A stretch of DNA of 63,599 nt, filler included, from Folioceros fuciformis (lineage: Eukaryota): NCBI GenBank assembly GCA_049999805.1. It is 7 parts of 7 records of this genome, joined end to end, with 100 filler letters (N's around TTAATTAATTAA, not from the genome) between each part and the next. Parts side by side here need not be neighbours in the genome. Positions count along the whole stretch, not along the records: positions 48,328 to 52,654 come from JBNGIO010006115.1; positions 52,755 to 56,965 come from JBNGIO010006116.1; positions 57,066 to 61,088 come from JBNGIO010006117.1; positions 61,189 to 63,599 come from JBNGIO010006143.1; 3 more parts are not named here. One strand, 5' to 3'. The notes under the pieces were generated by a model, which was not told the origin of the DNA, made no database searches, and saw only the letters and a list, made by a program, of their open reading frames with translations. The translations under genes and the position numbers were made by a program. Shown here one piece after another: positions 48,328-61,190 of the stretch; within the stretch, counting starts at the first letter, position 1, and each line of letters begins with the position of its first letter.

Positions 48328-51300
48328 TATACTTCATCACTCCCACTTGTTGAGAGCGTGTTAAGTACAGTCTTATGGTATTCCTTGTGCTTGGTTCCTC
48401 GTGGGCGTAAAGCCTCTCGAGCTTCAGTCCTTCCCAGCTGCCAACTCTGTTTGCTAGTGGCTGGTGCAATGGAGTGTGAGAATGAGATGCCCCTTGCAAC
48501 CAGGTACGCCTGGTACATAATGACAGCTTACGCTATCATTGTGCTTCATTTCAAGATTCTAGCTGTGGAGAAGAGCACTCGCAGCTATGTCTTCTGCTAC
48601 GACCCCCTCTGATGACGCCCCTCGGAGGCCTCGGGCTTACCATCGTGATGCCCTTGGACGTTTCTCAGCTAGAACACCTGCTACAGGAGGACGCCAGGAA
48701 CTTGCTGATACTGCTGCCAGGGGTTCCTGCTCATCTCGGCGTCCAAGAGGAAGGCCGCCAGGGCGGCGTGGCAGAGGAAGGGGCAGGGGCTCGAACGCCG
48801 CTGCTGCACCGGACATGGGCGCACCCTCGCGAGGTGCTCCACATGCTAACAGTCCCCGAATTGCAGCTACAGAGCGCCGGTTTGGTAACGGCGAGTACGC
48901 CTACTCTAATTGTGGGGCTTTGCCTCCTATGTCGTTCCACTTTCCACCAATCAGAGACTACAACGAGGAGACGAAGGTGGTCTGTCCAGGGAATATGAAG
49001 CATCCTGGATCGCCACTATGGTATCGCTGCAGTGTGACAGGCTATATCCTGAGACGCGTTAAAGTCACCATGTGCAGGGAGCATCCCGCACACGCGGTCA
49101 GCTTTTACAGTGAGTGTCTTCAGACACCATGTTTTCCATAGCCCTGATTACGTTTCTTGTGCTCCCACTCGCTTGAGAATTCCTGACAATCACATGTTGT
49201 TGCCTCTTGTAGGGACTGACACCCGGCTCAGGGAGGAGGAGCGTCTCGAATCTGAAGAGCGTATCTCTTATCAGGAGAGGAGGAGACGTAACAGTCCTCT
49301 TGAGGGCGAGAGCTTCACCACGTCTGAAGAGCTGGACTCTGAAGATTCTGAAGAAAGAGAGAACAACACTGATGACTCTGAAGATGAAGCGAGCTTCAAC
49401 TGGGATCCTTAGGGCTAGGATTTCCTTTTTGCTGTTCAGACTTTGCTGCTAAGGAAGTCTTGCGACCTCCCAAGTCCCATACTTTGCATATGTCTGTTGT
49501 GGAGTTCACGGCCTAGGGCCTTTGTTAAAATATCTGCTGGGTTGTCTGTGGTTGGCACGTAGTCCAGAGATATTTTTCCTGCTGTGACTTGTTCTCTAAT
49601 GTAGTGGTACTCAACTTCCACGTGTTTTGTTCGTGAGTGGAAGACTGGATTCTTTGCTAGAGCCATGGAACCCTGATTGTCTGTGTAGACTGTGGTACAG
49701 GTAGGTAGATCAATTCCCATTTCCTGGAAGAGTAACTTGCACCATACTATCTCCTTTGCTGCTGCTGTCAAGACCCTGTACTCTGCTTCTGTGCTTGATA
49801 GGGCCACAGTAGGTTGTTTCTTAGATGACCAGCATATGGGGCTGCCAGTATAAGAGATCACATATCCTGATACTGACTTCCTGGTGTCAATGTCTCCTGC
49901 ATAGTCAGAATCTGTGAAGGTCTCTAGGTCTAGAGTCTTTCCTTCATGGTGCTCATATTTTAAACCTACGTCAAAGGTTCCTTTCAGATAACGAAACACT
50001 CGTTTCAGGCTCTGCCAATGTTCCTGTCCAGGTTGTTCCAGGAACTGTGATAAAACGCTTGTAGCATAGGCTACATCGGGCCTTGTCGTGTTTGAGGCAT
50101 AGATTAGTTTTCCTACGCCTTTCCTGTATGGCACCTTGGCCATTGCATCCTTTTCTGATTCTGTTTGTGGACACATTGACTTACTCAATTTAATTCCACT
50201 AGGTAAAGGTGTCGATGCTGGTTTTGCATCCTTGAGGCCCATTTGCTCTGCGCAATTCATGAGGTATCTCGGCTGTGTCAAAGTAATCATTCTCCTTTTT
50301 CTGTCTCTTTGAATGTGTATTCCAAGACAACTTCTTAGAGGTCCGAGATTTGTCATCTCAAATTTTTGAGCTAACAGCTGGTTGAGCTTAGTAATGTAAG
50401 CTTCATTGTTGCAGGTGACAATCAAGTCGTCCACATAGACAGCAAGATAGCAGACTACGTCATCTGATCTGTAAACGTACAAACTGCCATCTGCTTGACA
50501 TTTTACAAAACCTAGAACACGCAGCTCCTCATCTAGGACTGCGTTCCATTCCTTAGCTGATTGCTTGAGCCCATACAGAGTTTTGATTAGCTTGAGGACA
50601 TGGTCCTCCTTGCCTTTCACTTCATAACCTGGAGGCTGCTGCATATATATCTCTGTGTCTAATTTCCCATGTAGGAATGCTGTTTTAACATCAAACATAT
50701 CTAACTCATAGTCTTTGTGGGCTGCAACAGCACAGAGGATACGAAAAGTTGCCATCTTCACAACTGGAGCGAAGGTTTCCAGGTAATCTAGTCCTGGTAC
50801 TTGTGAAAATCCTCGGGCTACGAGTCTAGCTTTATACCTGTCAAAGGTACCATCAGCTTTCACTTTGAGTTTGAAAACCCATTTACATGAGACCATTTTA
50901 CGGCCTGGATGTAACTTGGCTAGCTCCCAAGTTCCATTTTTAATCAAAGAGTCATATTCTGACTGTATGGCCTTTTTCCATTCAGCAGCATCAGGTCGAC
51001 TAAGTGCCTCCTCATATGACTGTGGCTCTATAGGATCCAGCAATACAGAGGTGACATGTGCTGTCCGAAAATCATGTGACTGATAAAAATCTGGAGGATG
51101 TCTTTCACGCTGTGGGTAGCGTCGTTCAGGTTGAGCAGCAGGGAGTGCTGGCTGCAGAGGTGCCGAGTTGTCATGAGCTACCTGGTCAGCATCACCAGCT
51201 TCAACTTCAGCTACTGCGTTCTCCACATCTGAGTCCACATCAAGAGGTAAAGGATCGAGAGGATGTGGCTGCTGTACTGGATCAACAGCATCCCCAAAAA

Positions 51301-52654
51301 CTGGTACAACGCGTGCCATGTCAGGTTCAAAATCAGGTGCTGGTGGATCCTCTTGTTCCCCACCTGCAGGAGCAACATCCTCAGGAAGATCCTCAAAGTA
51401 TGATACATCCTGTTCAAGATGTTCCCAACTATCATCCTCGAGAGCATAATTGTCTGAAGCTCCCACTGGCCAGAAACGATTTTCATCAAAGGTAACGCTC
51501 CTGGAGTAGATGACATGATTGGCTGGCACATCATATAGCTTATATGCCTTGATGCCTTCAGTGTAACCTAACATCAGCAATTTCTGGGCTTTGTTAAACA
51601 GCTTCTTGCGCTTCTCCCTGGGGACGAAGGCATACGCAACACAACCAAAAGTCCTCAAATGCAGGATCTTGGGCTTGTGTCCATAGAAGGCTTCATAGGG
51701 AGTCATCCCTTCAACAGCACTAGTAGGCAACCTGTTCCTTAGGTAGACAGAGGTTGTAAGGGCTTCTGCCCAGTAGGACAGGGGGAGGTGAGCATGATTC
51801 AGCAAGGAAGATGTCATCTCCTGCAGAGTAAGATTCATGTGCTCAGCCACCCCGTTCTGTTGAGGTGTGTAAACAACTGTAAGCTGCCTGGCAATTCCTT
51901 CATCTGTACAGAAGGTCTGAAAGTCATGTGAGGTAAATTCCCCACCGTTATCTGAACGCAGGGTTTTCAGCTGCTTCCCTGTCCAGCGTTCTGCAAACTT
52001 CAAGTAAGCTTTGAAATGTGAAAAGCATTCACTCTTGGCCTTGAGGATATAGGCACTAACAAAACGGGTTTTGTCGTCTGTAAAGGTAAGGAAGTATCTC
52101 CCACCACCGAGAGAAGGCTTTGACAAGGGGCCACATAAGTCTGTGTGCACCAACTCCAAGACTTCAGATGCCCTATGAGGAGCTTTATTTCTGAAAGCTG
52201 CTTGATGGCGCTTAGCAAGAACACAAGGTTCACAAAGAGGTAAAGGCACTAATTTGCCTATAGGGCCATCTGCATAGAGATCACTTACGGCTATCTTCTG
52301 TAACTTGCTGTTGTGTGGGTGACCTAATCTAGCATGCCACAACTTAGATTTGGCTATCTGTTGTGTAGAGGCTTGGGAGTCCTCATGTGTCAGATGGGAC
52401 TGAACTGCACCTCTGGAGCTGTGAAGACGAAACAGGTCATGTTCTGAAGACCCATAAGCTAAAACCTTGCTAGGATTAAAAGCATCTATCACCTTACACT
52501 CTGTATGTGTGAAAAGTATGTGACTGTTATTGTCTATGTTCAGTCGCCTAACGGAGATGAGATTTCGTGTCATCTCAGGTACATAATACACGTCTAAGAG
52601 TGACAAGATAACTCCAGATGGCACAGGCAGCTGTACTGTTCCTATGCCTGGAGA
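48328..52654 (-). mobile_element. Ty1/Copia element 3: uninterrupted pol (49436-52654), about 1.1-kb 3' internal region, PPT 48340-48347 and start of 3' LTR
   Basis: 1062-aa stop-free ORF with GAG-pre-integrase, rve, RT (YVDD) and RNaseH (TDSDYAGD, STEAEY, ADILTK). The LTR/PPT junction TTCATCA|CTCCCACT is the same as in Copia 1. Confidence 0.95.
48587..49412 (+). other. Antisense accessory ORF(s) in the Copia 3 3' region (184 aa plus an overlapping 100 aa)
   Basis: ATG-initiated ORF with RRPRGRPP, RG repeats and a Cys/His cluster. The overlapping frame continues into an acidic tail ending 24 nt from the pol stop. Confidence 0.55.
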
Positions 52655-52754
52655 NNNNNNNNNNNNNNNNNNNNNNNNNNNNNNNNNNNNNNNNNNNNTT
52701 AATTAATTAANNNNNNNNNNNNNNNNNNNNNNNNNNNNNNNNNNNNNNNNNNNN

Positions 52755-55122
52755 TGAAGCAGGAGCCGTTCGAGTCTTGTCCGATCGCCATGCAGGACTT
52801 GACTCCCTGCACCGACCCCAGGGTATGTTGGGGTTTGGTTTGGGATCTGGATCCTGGTTGTTTGTGAGTTTGTGCCGCGGCCGGGCGGGCGCGCCTTCGT
52901 GCCATTTTGTGCCGTGTGTGCCTCATGGATGTGTGTGGCGGGCTTGCTGCAGAGGTGGAAGAAGTTCCCGAAGGCTCGGATGGCATTCAGGGAGAGGCAT
53001 TGCCCCCCGATCTCTGAACGACAGCTCTGCTTGATCCCGCCGCCACAGGGGTACAAGACGACCATCCCGTGGCCCAGGAGCAGGGACGAGTGCTGGTACA
53101 GGTAGGTGCCGCTCGCTAGCACCAGTGGCTGCACAGCTGAAGTTGGCGGATCTGTGACGCCTTCCGTGGGCGGATTCTCGTGTTCCGTGCTGCAGAAATG
53201 TGCCGTACGAGTGGATCAACACCGCCAAGGCCAACCAGAACTGGTTGAGGAAACAGGGGGAGAAGTTTATCTTCCCTGGTGGAGGCACCATGTTTCCCAA
53301 CGGGGTGGGGGAGTACATCAATCTCATGCAGGAGCTCATCCCGGAGATGAAGGACGGCAGCGTCAGGACTGCGCTGGATACTGGTTGTGGGGTAGGTTCT
53401 TCTGGATTTCAGCGTGCCTCAGTCCTTCTGTGGCCAGATCTGCTATCTCCTGGTGGAGCATCGCTCGTGTTGCATAGTTGTTGATAAGGGGCATATGTTG
53501 ATCCGCCGCAGGTGGCCAGTTGGGGTGGAGAACTGCTGGATCGGGGTATTTTGACCATGTCGTTGGCGCCTAGGGACAACCACGAGGCCCAGGTCCAGTT
53601 TGCTCTAGAGCGAGGCATTCCTGCCATTCTTGGTGTCCTGGCTACTGAGAGGATGCCTTTCCCGGCCAATGCTTTCGACATGGCTCATTGCTCCCGCTGT
53701 CTGATTCCCTGGACGGAGTTTGGTAAGTCGGATCTTGTGTTAGACCCTGCGGCAGTACTGTAGTCTGTGTTCTTTCTGTTTCTACCAGGAGGTTCTTGTT
53801 TAACCTTTCAGAACGCTGCAGGCGGTGTGCTGCTCCTGGAGGTCGACCGCGTGTTGCGTCCTGGAGGGTTTTGGGTGCTCTCTGGACCTCCTGTGAACTA
53901 TGAAGTTCACTGGAAGGGATGGGACTCCACTGAACAAAAGCAAAGAAATGATATGGATAACCTTCAAGACTTGTTGCAGCGAATGTGCTACAAGGAATAC
54001 AACAGGAAGGACGACATCGCTGTGTGGCAGAAGCCTTTTGATAACTCCTGTTATGAAGCAAGGAACCCCTTGGACGACGTTGTTCCTGAGCCTCCTATTT
54101 GTGATGACCATATTGAGGCAGATGCTGCCTGGTAAGCCTCACGCACATGGCGCACTGGAGTTTCCTGCAAGACGGCTTCCTTTCTCACTATTTCCTTAGG
54201 TCCTTTACCGTCCTTTGAGCTTGGATGTCCGGAACTGAGCTTACCGTCTGGTGATCGTTGCATTGCAGGTACACTCCGATGAGGCCGTGCATTGTCCCAC
54301 AAGAGAAATCTGCCAAGAAATTAGCCGTTGGTGCCCAGCCTCCTTGGCCAGCCCGGCTCACCACTCCTCCCGATCGCTTGAGCTTTGTGAGTAGTAACAA
54401 CGGGCTCTTCAAGACAGATACTGCATTATGGGTGGAGCGTGTAGCGCACTACAAAACCTTGGTGCCGGACTTGGGTACCAACAAGATTAGAAATGTCATG
54501 GACATGAACACCGAATATGGAGGGTTCGCTGCCGCTCTTATCGAAGATCCTGTGTGGGTGATGAACGTCGTCTCCTCCTATGCTACCAATACACTCGGCG
54601 TTGTCTACGACCGCGGGTTGATTGGGACTCTCAACGACTGGTAAGGGCCTTATTTCCGGCCAGTGGCCTGGTTTTTTCATGCTGTTTGGGGTGGATTCTG
54701 AACTAGAGTTTGATTCAGGTGCGAGGCGTTCTCCACATATCCAAGAACTTATGACCTGCTCCATGTTGCTAGTCTCTTCTCAGCCGAAAGCCACAGGTAA
54801 TCCAGCACCAGATATGTAGTATGTAAGAAGTATGACAGTTTCTCTCGATGCCCGTCTTAACAGCATTTTGTGGTGCAGGTGTGAAATGAAGTATGTGCTC
54901 CTGGAAATGGACCGTATCCTGAGGCCTAAGGGCTTCGCGATCATCCGTGATACTCCCAAGTTTCTGGAGAGTGCCAAGATGTACGGGAAGGCCATGAGGT
55001 GGAAGTGCAAGCAGTACGTATCTTACAAGTCGGATGATCCTCAGGGAGTCTTAGTCTGCAAGAAGACGTTGTGGACAGCGGACGAAGATCAGTCATCTCT
55101 AGGAAGCGGCAGCGGGAGATAG
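52755..55122 (+). CDS. Putative pectin-related SAM-dependent methyltransferase (PMT family, PMT20/21/ERD3-like), 5' truncated by a gap
   Basis: [76 protein letters not shown] introns. Confidence 0.95.
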
Positions 55123-55877
55123 TTCACTTTTCTTTCGTATAAGGTGGAGGTGCTTACTGAATTCTTGGCCAGGGTACTTGGGGGTCTGTGGCTGCTAATG
55201 TAGTTGTAGGTCGCGGATTATTGTTTTTCTCACGCGAGTTGCATTCCAACGAATAGGGCACAACTTGACTCTGAGAATTCTACTCGTAAGTTTACTTATC
55301 GTAGTTAAGCTACATTGTTAGGCTGCTGAGTATTAGTACATTTATTGTCTTTTCCTAAAGGTCCCGAGAGGATCCTTGCCCGTAGGTTTGATAACTACGG
55401 TGGATTTAACCACAACTGTTGGGTCTCATGCCCTGGGACTCCAGGCAGAGCAGTTCTTTCTTGGTCTGAGCAGAAATTTTGGACCCATTGAGTATAAAGT
55501 GGATCTGCAGTATTGGCTGGTATCATGTGTCTCATCTCCAGGTCTGCTCAATTGGAAATGGATCAAACTAGATTGGTTAGTTGTCGTCGATTCTTCACCT
55601 TTCTTTGCTATCGAGAGAGCTTTTGTGCCCCATGAAAAGCGGAATAGGACACTCTCTCGGGGCATGCACTTTGGAGTATCCACTTGAGAACTCATAACAT
55701 GCGTATAACACAATCTGAGAGGTGCTGCTCCTTATCAGCTTTCTCCTACGTGATGTGATGTGGGACCTCTCGAAGATCTTACTGACTGGCCAACACACTA
55801 CATTAGCGGTGTATCCAAATGACAAAATTGAATGACAAAATTGCTGCATACTCTTACTGACTGGCCAATGAGCCAGG

Positions 55878-56873
55878 TTAGCTGCTTATCCAAATCACAA
55901 AACTGATGCATGCGGAGCGGAGCGTTCTATTTTTTCTCAAATTACAACTCATTTGTAAGGTTTCCATATGCTTATATTGCCTCACCTCTAAACCTGAGGA
56001 AGAATCCCTTAGTCGATTAAGGATACGTGCTTGAAGACGTTGAATCTCCATGTGAAGACTATCAACAGCTCCTGGATCATCTTCTAATGTCATGCGAAAT
56101 GCAGCTTCACTAGATGTTCGAGCGGAATCAGTACCCCTTCCTTGACTTGTATCAGTCATGACCAATGGATCTGCGACTGAGGGTCGACTTGTAGAGACAA
56201 GAGCAAACGATGTTTCCCAATCAGATTGAGTTGGATCATGTCCGGAGTAGAAAATAGAGTGTGGACCTACATCATACATAACTGGTCGATCCATAGGATC
56301 TTCATCATCCGAAGTTCCATGACCTCCGTCCATGTCCTCTACAGTACTGCTTGAATTAATAGTTGGGTGATTCCCAGAAATAGGTGACGTATGCCCATTA
56401 TTTGGATGACATTGTTCTTCATGCCCTCTGGTACTATTGTGAGTTATTACTTGTGAATTGGTCCTTTGGGTTGGCTCTTTTGCATATGGATTTGTATCAT
56501 GCTGTAACACTGCTTTTGATTGCCCATAAGTATTTCTCACAATTTCTTTCACGTGAGGAGATTGCAATCCATTCCGCTGTGCAACATTAGCATCTACTTG
56601 TTCAACAGCGGTTCCCCATGTAGTTAATCCATTACTAGATGATTTGGTCTTGAAAGAAACAGAATCTAGAGACAAGTAATTATCATGTGAACAAATGTTC
56701 TCAATCTTCTCCACACAAACAAAAAATTGAGTAAACAAGTTTGCACAACAATCAAGTTTTCATTCCATTCTCACCTTGTAGAAGTTTCATTTCATATTCA
56801 AGTTTCCTTATGCGTGTTTCTTTTGCATCCAATGCTAGCTCTAAATCAGATGACTGTTGTAATACTTCTTGCA
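55878..56873 (-). other. Unknown gene or pseudogene fragment (coiled-coil exon plus a 286-codon open frame)
   Basis: Exon-like MQEVLQQSSDLELALDAKETRIRKLEYEMKLLQ followed by a GTGAGA donor, then a long Ser/Thr/Asp-rich ORF. Splice phase not resolved. Confidence 0.35.
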
Positions 56874-57065
56874 TCTACAGGTCCAATAGATGAAAATTTA
56901 GCTAGCGTTCAAATTTCATCTTGAAAATTCTAAAGACTTTTGAAAACGCTATGATGTCTATAGTCNNNNNNNNNNNNNNNNNNNNNNNNNNNNNNNNNNN
57001 NNNNNNNNNTTAATTAATTAANNNNNNNNNNNNNNNNNNNNNNNNNNNNNNNNNNNNNNNNNNNN

Positions 57066-60000
57066 GTATGAGGAGCCTTGGGTAAGCATATATATATTGG
57101 AATCAGCAATACTTTGTACAAAATTAATTTTCAATAAGTAAACATGCATGGTAAAGTACCATACTCTACCAGATTGCTTGAGGCCATAAATACATTTGAG
57201 AAGTAATAAAACTTTGTTGGGGTATTTAGAATCAACAGACCCCTCAGGTTGTTGCATATAAAGTTCCTCCTCAAGCTTGCCATACAAATACGCTGTGCAA
57301 ACATCCATTTGATGCAGATACAAATCATGTTCCGTTGCCATAACAAGTAACATCCTAATGGATTGAGATCTAACCACAGGACTGAATGTCTCTTGATAAT
57401 CTAGGCCTTCAACCTGCGTGAATCCCCTAGCCACGAGTCTGGATTTGTAACGTGCAATCTCTCCCGTGGAGTTGAGTTTGTGCTTGAAAACCCACTTGCA
57501 CGAGATAGGTTTCCTGCCAGGTGGCAAATCCACTAACTTCCATGTATTATTCTTAATCAAGGACTGATACTCATCCTCAAATGATATATGCCACTTGTCA
57601 CCATCAGGGCCAGACAAGGCTTGCTTCAAGTTGATTGGCTCATCAGGGATGACAGCAGCGAGTGACGTGGAAGTGTTGCGGAAATCTCTAGACTCATAGG
57701 GGGGCTCGATCCACTCGGCTCTAGGTAGTCTATGACGAGTGGATCTACGCAACTCAGGCTCTGGTGGAACTTCTACAACTTGTGGCGGCATGACATCTGG
57801 CTCTAAAACAGGTTCATGGTCATCCTAAAGAGGGTCAGGAACTGCATCTTCCATGAAAGGTTCAGGGTGATGTGCAGGGTTGTTGTCCACAGCTGGCGCA
57901 TTTAGGTGTTCATGTGCCAGCTCATCTACGGGTGCAGGGGCAGGCTGGACATCTTGTGCATCTAAAACAGGCGGAGGGTTAGCTGGCAGCTCATCATCTC
58001 GTGGATACATGGCAGGTACCTGATTAGTGTCCTGCTCATCATCATAATCAGCTAATGGAGCTGCTCCCTCTGCTGACGTGGCCGGTTCACCATGAGCATA
58101 GCTAGGTTCAATGAAAGTGACACTACGAGCTAAGGTTAGAGAGTGAGTAACCGGATCATAGAGCTTGTATGCCTTGGCAGTCTCGCTGTATCTGACGAAA
58201 ACAAGGCCCTTGGCTCTCATGTCAAGCTTCCTCCTCTTTTCGGAAGGGATATAAGCGAATGCCTTCGCTCCAAAAACTCGAAGATGAAGTAGGCTAGGCT
58301 TACGCTTCCAAAATACCTCATATGGTGTCCTTCCATGTACAGCACTGGTGAGCACCCGAATGAGGATGTACTGTCGCAGCAACTACGGCCTCTGCCCAAT
58401 ACCCTTGAGGAAGACCTGCCCAAAGCAGCATACTCCTCGTCATACCTAGCAGAGTTTGGTTCTTGCGCTCAGCAACTCTGTTGTGTTGTTGAGTATAGGG
58501 TACACTGGTCAAGCAAAAAAGTAATGAGATCCGCCAAGTGAAGCCTCCTGTATCTTCCCAGATATATCCACATGGACAAGCTCCAATACTTGTGATGCCC
58601 TGTGTGCAGGTGCATTAGGGAAAGGAGCCTCCTTCTTCTTGGCAAGAATGCATGCTTCGCAGATTGTAAGGTCTTTGAAGCACTTGGGCAGGGGTTCTCG
58701 AAAACATTCCTTGTTGGACATGTCCACCAGCTTTGCTCAGTTGACGTGTCCTAGGCGAGCATGCCACAAAGCAACCAGCTTCTTCTGGTCCATGTGGGTA
58801 CTCCCTGTAGAACATACCGTATGAACACGCTTGCAGTTGATGTTCAGCTTGTACAAGTCGTTGACTACCACCCCTTCGAAAGCACAGATACTAGGTGAAT
58901 CTGCCTTGCTAAAGGAACAAGACACCTGATCAGCTTGCATAAGAAGAGCGTGCGACTTCAATAGTTTGCTAAGTGACATCAAATTCTTTGCCATCCCCGG
59001 AACATGCAGTACCCTGTTAAGGGTAAGCTCTGTGTTGTCCGGTAGGATAAAGGTACACATCCCGTGCCCTCTGATCTGCAATCCAGTCTCAGCCCTCTCA
59101 TCTCCCAACAGCACTTTCTCAGATACTTTAAGTAGATGCAGATGTGAAAACTGGTCCTTGTCCATACAAATATGTGTAGTTGCTCCAAAGTCCAGATACC
59201 AACTGGTACTATCCCTTGTGGAGCTAGACAGGCAAACAGTATAAATCTTCACAGTACATTTATCATGGTCACCTCCAGACTTGCCTTTCACTGCCATGCT
59301 GGAAGTAGGTTTGGGCTGACACTACGGCTCGCTTGCCTTCTTCTTGCGGCAGTCACGGGCCCAGTGCCCAGCTATCCCACACCAATTACAATTCCCTGTC
59401 CTTTTAGTGGAAGAAGATCTAGAGTCATTAGCACGCTGACCTGATCCTTGAGTCTTCCCTTTATTTGTGTGCGGCTTGAATTTCGTAGCCATCACCTTTT
59501 CACTCTTGTGTTTATGTCCACCTGACATAAGCTGCCGACTTTGCTCCTCCTGGTACAATGCGCCAATGACATCCTCCAATGTCCGAGTGTTGGATGTGCT
59601 TGCAGCGCCTGTAGGGCGAATTGGACCATTTTGTATACTCACAAAATTTTGATAGAATGGTGGAAGGCTGATCAGCAGTTGCGCAATGGCATCCTCTTCA
59701 TCCATAGTAGAACCAAAAGATACCAGGTCTGCGCGTAAATGTATGAACTTGCTTGTAAAAACTGCAACCTTGTCGGACTCCTTCATCTTAAGGGTGAACA
59801 GCTCCTGCCTTGCAACGCAAAGAGCCATCCTATTGCACACTCGGTATGTCCTCTCAAGTTGCTCCCAGATCTCATGAGCCTTGAGCGAATATTCTACATC
59901 TGGAATTAAAACAACATCCAAACCACTTATGAGGAGTGCTACAGCAAGGTCGTTGTCTGAAGTCCATTCGTCCAGGAGGGTTTGTTGAGCAGTTGAAAGT

Positions 60001-61088
60001 GAAGTTCTTGTGGCGGCTGCAGCTGGCTCCTTACGGGTCCCGTCCACCACAGTCCACACTTTCCTGGCGACAAGGACAGCCCTCATCCTGACATGCCAAA
60101 TGTGATGTTGGTTGCCATTAAATTTGTCCTTTTCTTTTAATTCAGATATTGAAGAGGAGGCAGACATGTTTACATAAGTGTTTGTGCTACGTGATGGTGT
60201 TGTGTTCCTGAATCCTCTTCGTGCTCAGAATCAGAATCCCTATCTCAAAAAAAAGTGACACATGATGGCTCTCCCACGAGGCTATGCCTAGGTGACGAAG
60301 CAGCAAAATATGTGCCTTTTGGTTGAAAAAACTGGATAAATTCTATAAATAATTTTCCATAAATAAATAAATATTTAAGAAAAAAAGATACATATATAAA
60401 AGAAAATGTGCTAACTAAGCTAACTTGCTGTGCAGGAGGCTATGATGTGGCCATCAATTCGTGGGAGGGTAGAATGTTATCTGCCCGACCTCGGACGGAT
60501 AGCTACCTAAGTGCTTCCTCGCACACACAGGGTTAGAAAAAAAAAGCAGCCGAAGACATGACAAGAAAAAAAAAACGAAACAACAAGCAAGCAATGCATC
60601 ACGTGAAGGAAAGGAGGCAAGCTAGTGTCACAAAACACATCACACAGTGCTCGTTCGTGCAGCAAAATGCCTCCTCATAAAAAAAAACTTGCCCGGCATC
60701 AGATCCTGTCTAGGCAGCGTGATCAGCAGAGCATCACCATAAAGTGACCAGCACCTACAGCCGTGGTCAGCAGCGTGCTCTCCAGCAGAGTGCCCTCCCG
60801 CTGTGTGCCCTCCTGCTACGGGATCAGAGGGTGTGATCAACGGCGTGCCCTCCTGCAGTGTGCCCTCCNNNNNNNNNNTGGCACGCGATGCTAGCATCGC
60901 ATGACCATGGCATCACTCACCACCAAGGGATCCTTCCCCGTCCTTCCCCGTCCTTCTCGCAATCGCTGGCACGCGATGCCATGATACCATGTGAAAATTG
61001 TGCAAAAAAATGATTGTTGCCAAAACTGAATGAATAAAATAATCAATACAAAATGTTTACAAAACATGTGTTTAAATATTCATGACCT
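57066..61088 (-). mobile_element. Ty1/Copia element 4, degenerate (gag-PR-INT-RT); PBS 60982-60989; 5' LTR from 60990 into the gap
   Basis: KFNGNQHHIW, CNWCGIAGHWARDC, WYLDFGATTH, WHARLGH, YKSRLVARGF, YGLKQSG. In-frame stops and deletions. CA|TGGTATCA junction. Confidence 0.9.
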
Positions 61089-61190
61089 NNNNNNNNNNNN
61101 NNNNNNNNNNNNNNNNNNNNNNNNNNNNNNNNTTAATTAATTAANNNNNNNNNNNNNNNNNNNNNNNNNNNNNNNNNNNNNNNNNNNNCA

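Noticed and set aside
59322-59324. In-frame TAG between gag and protease of Copia 4 as a possible readthrough signal
   Set aside because: No CARYYA readthrough context, and the element has other stops and deletions, so decay is more likely.
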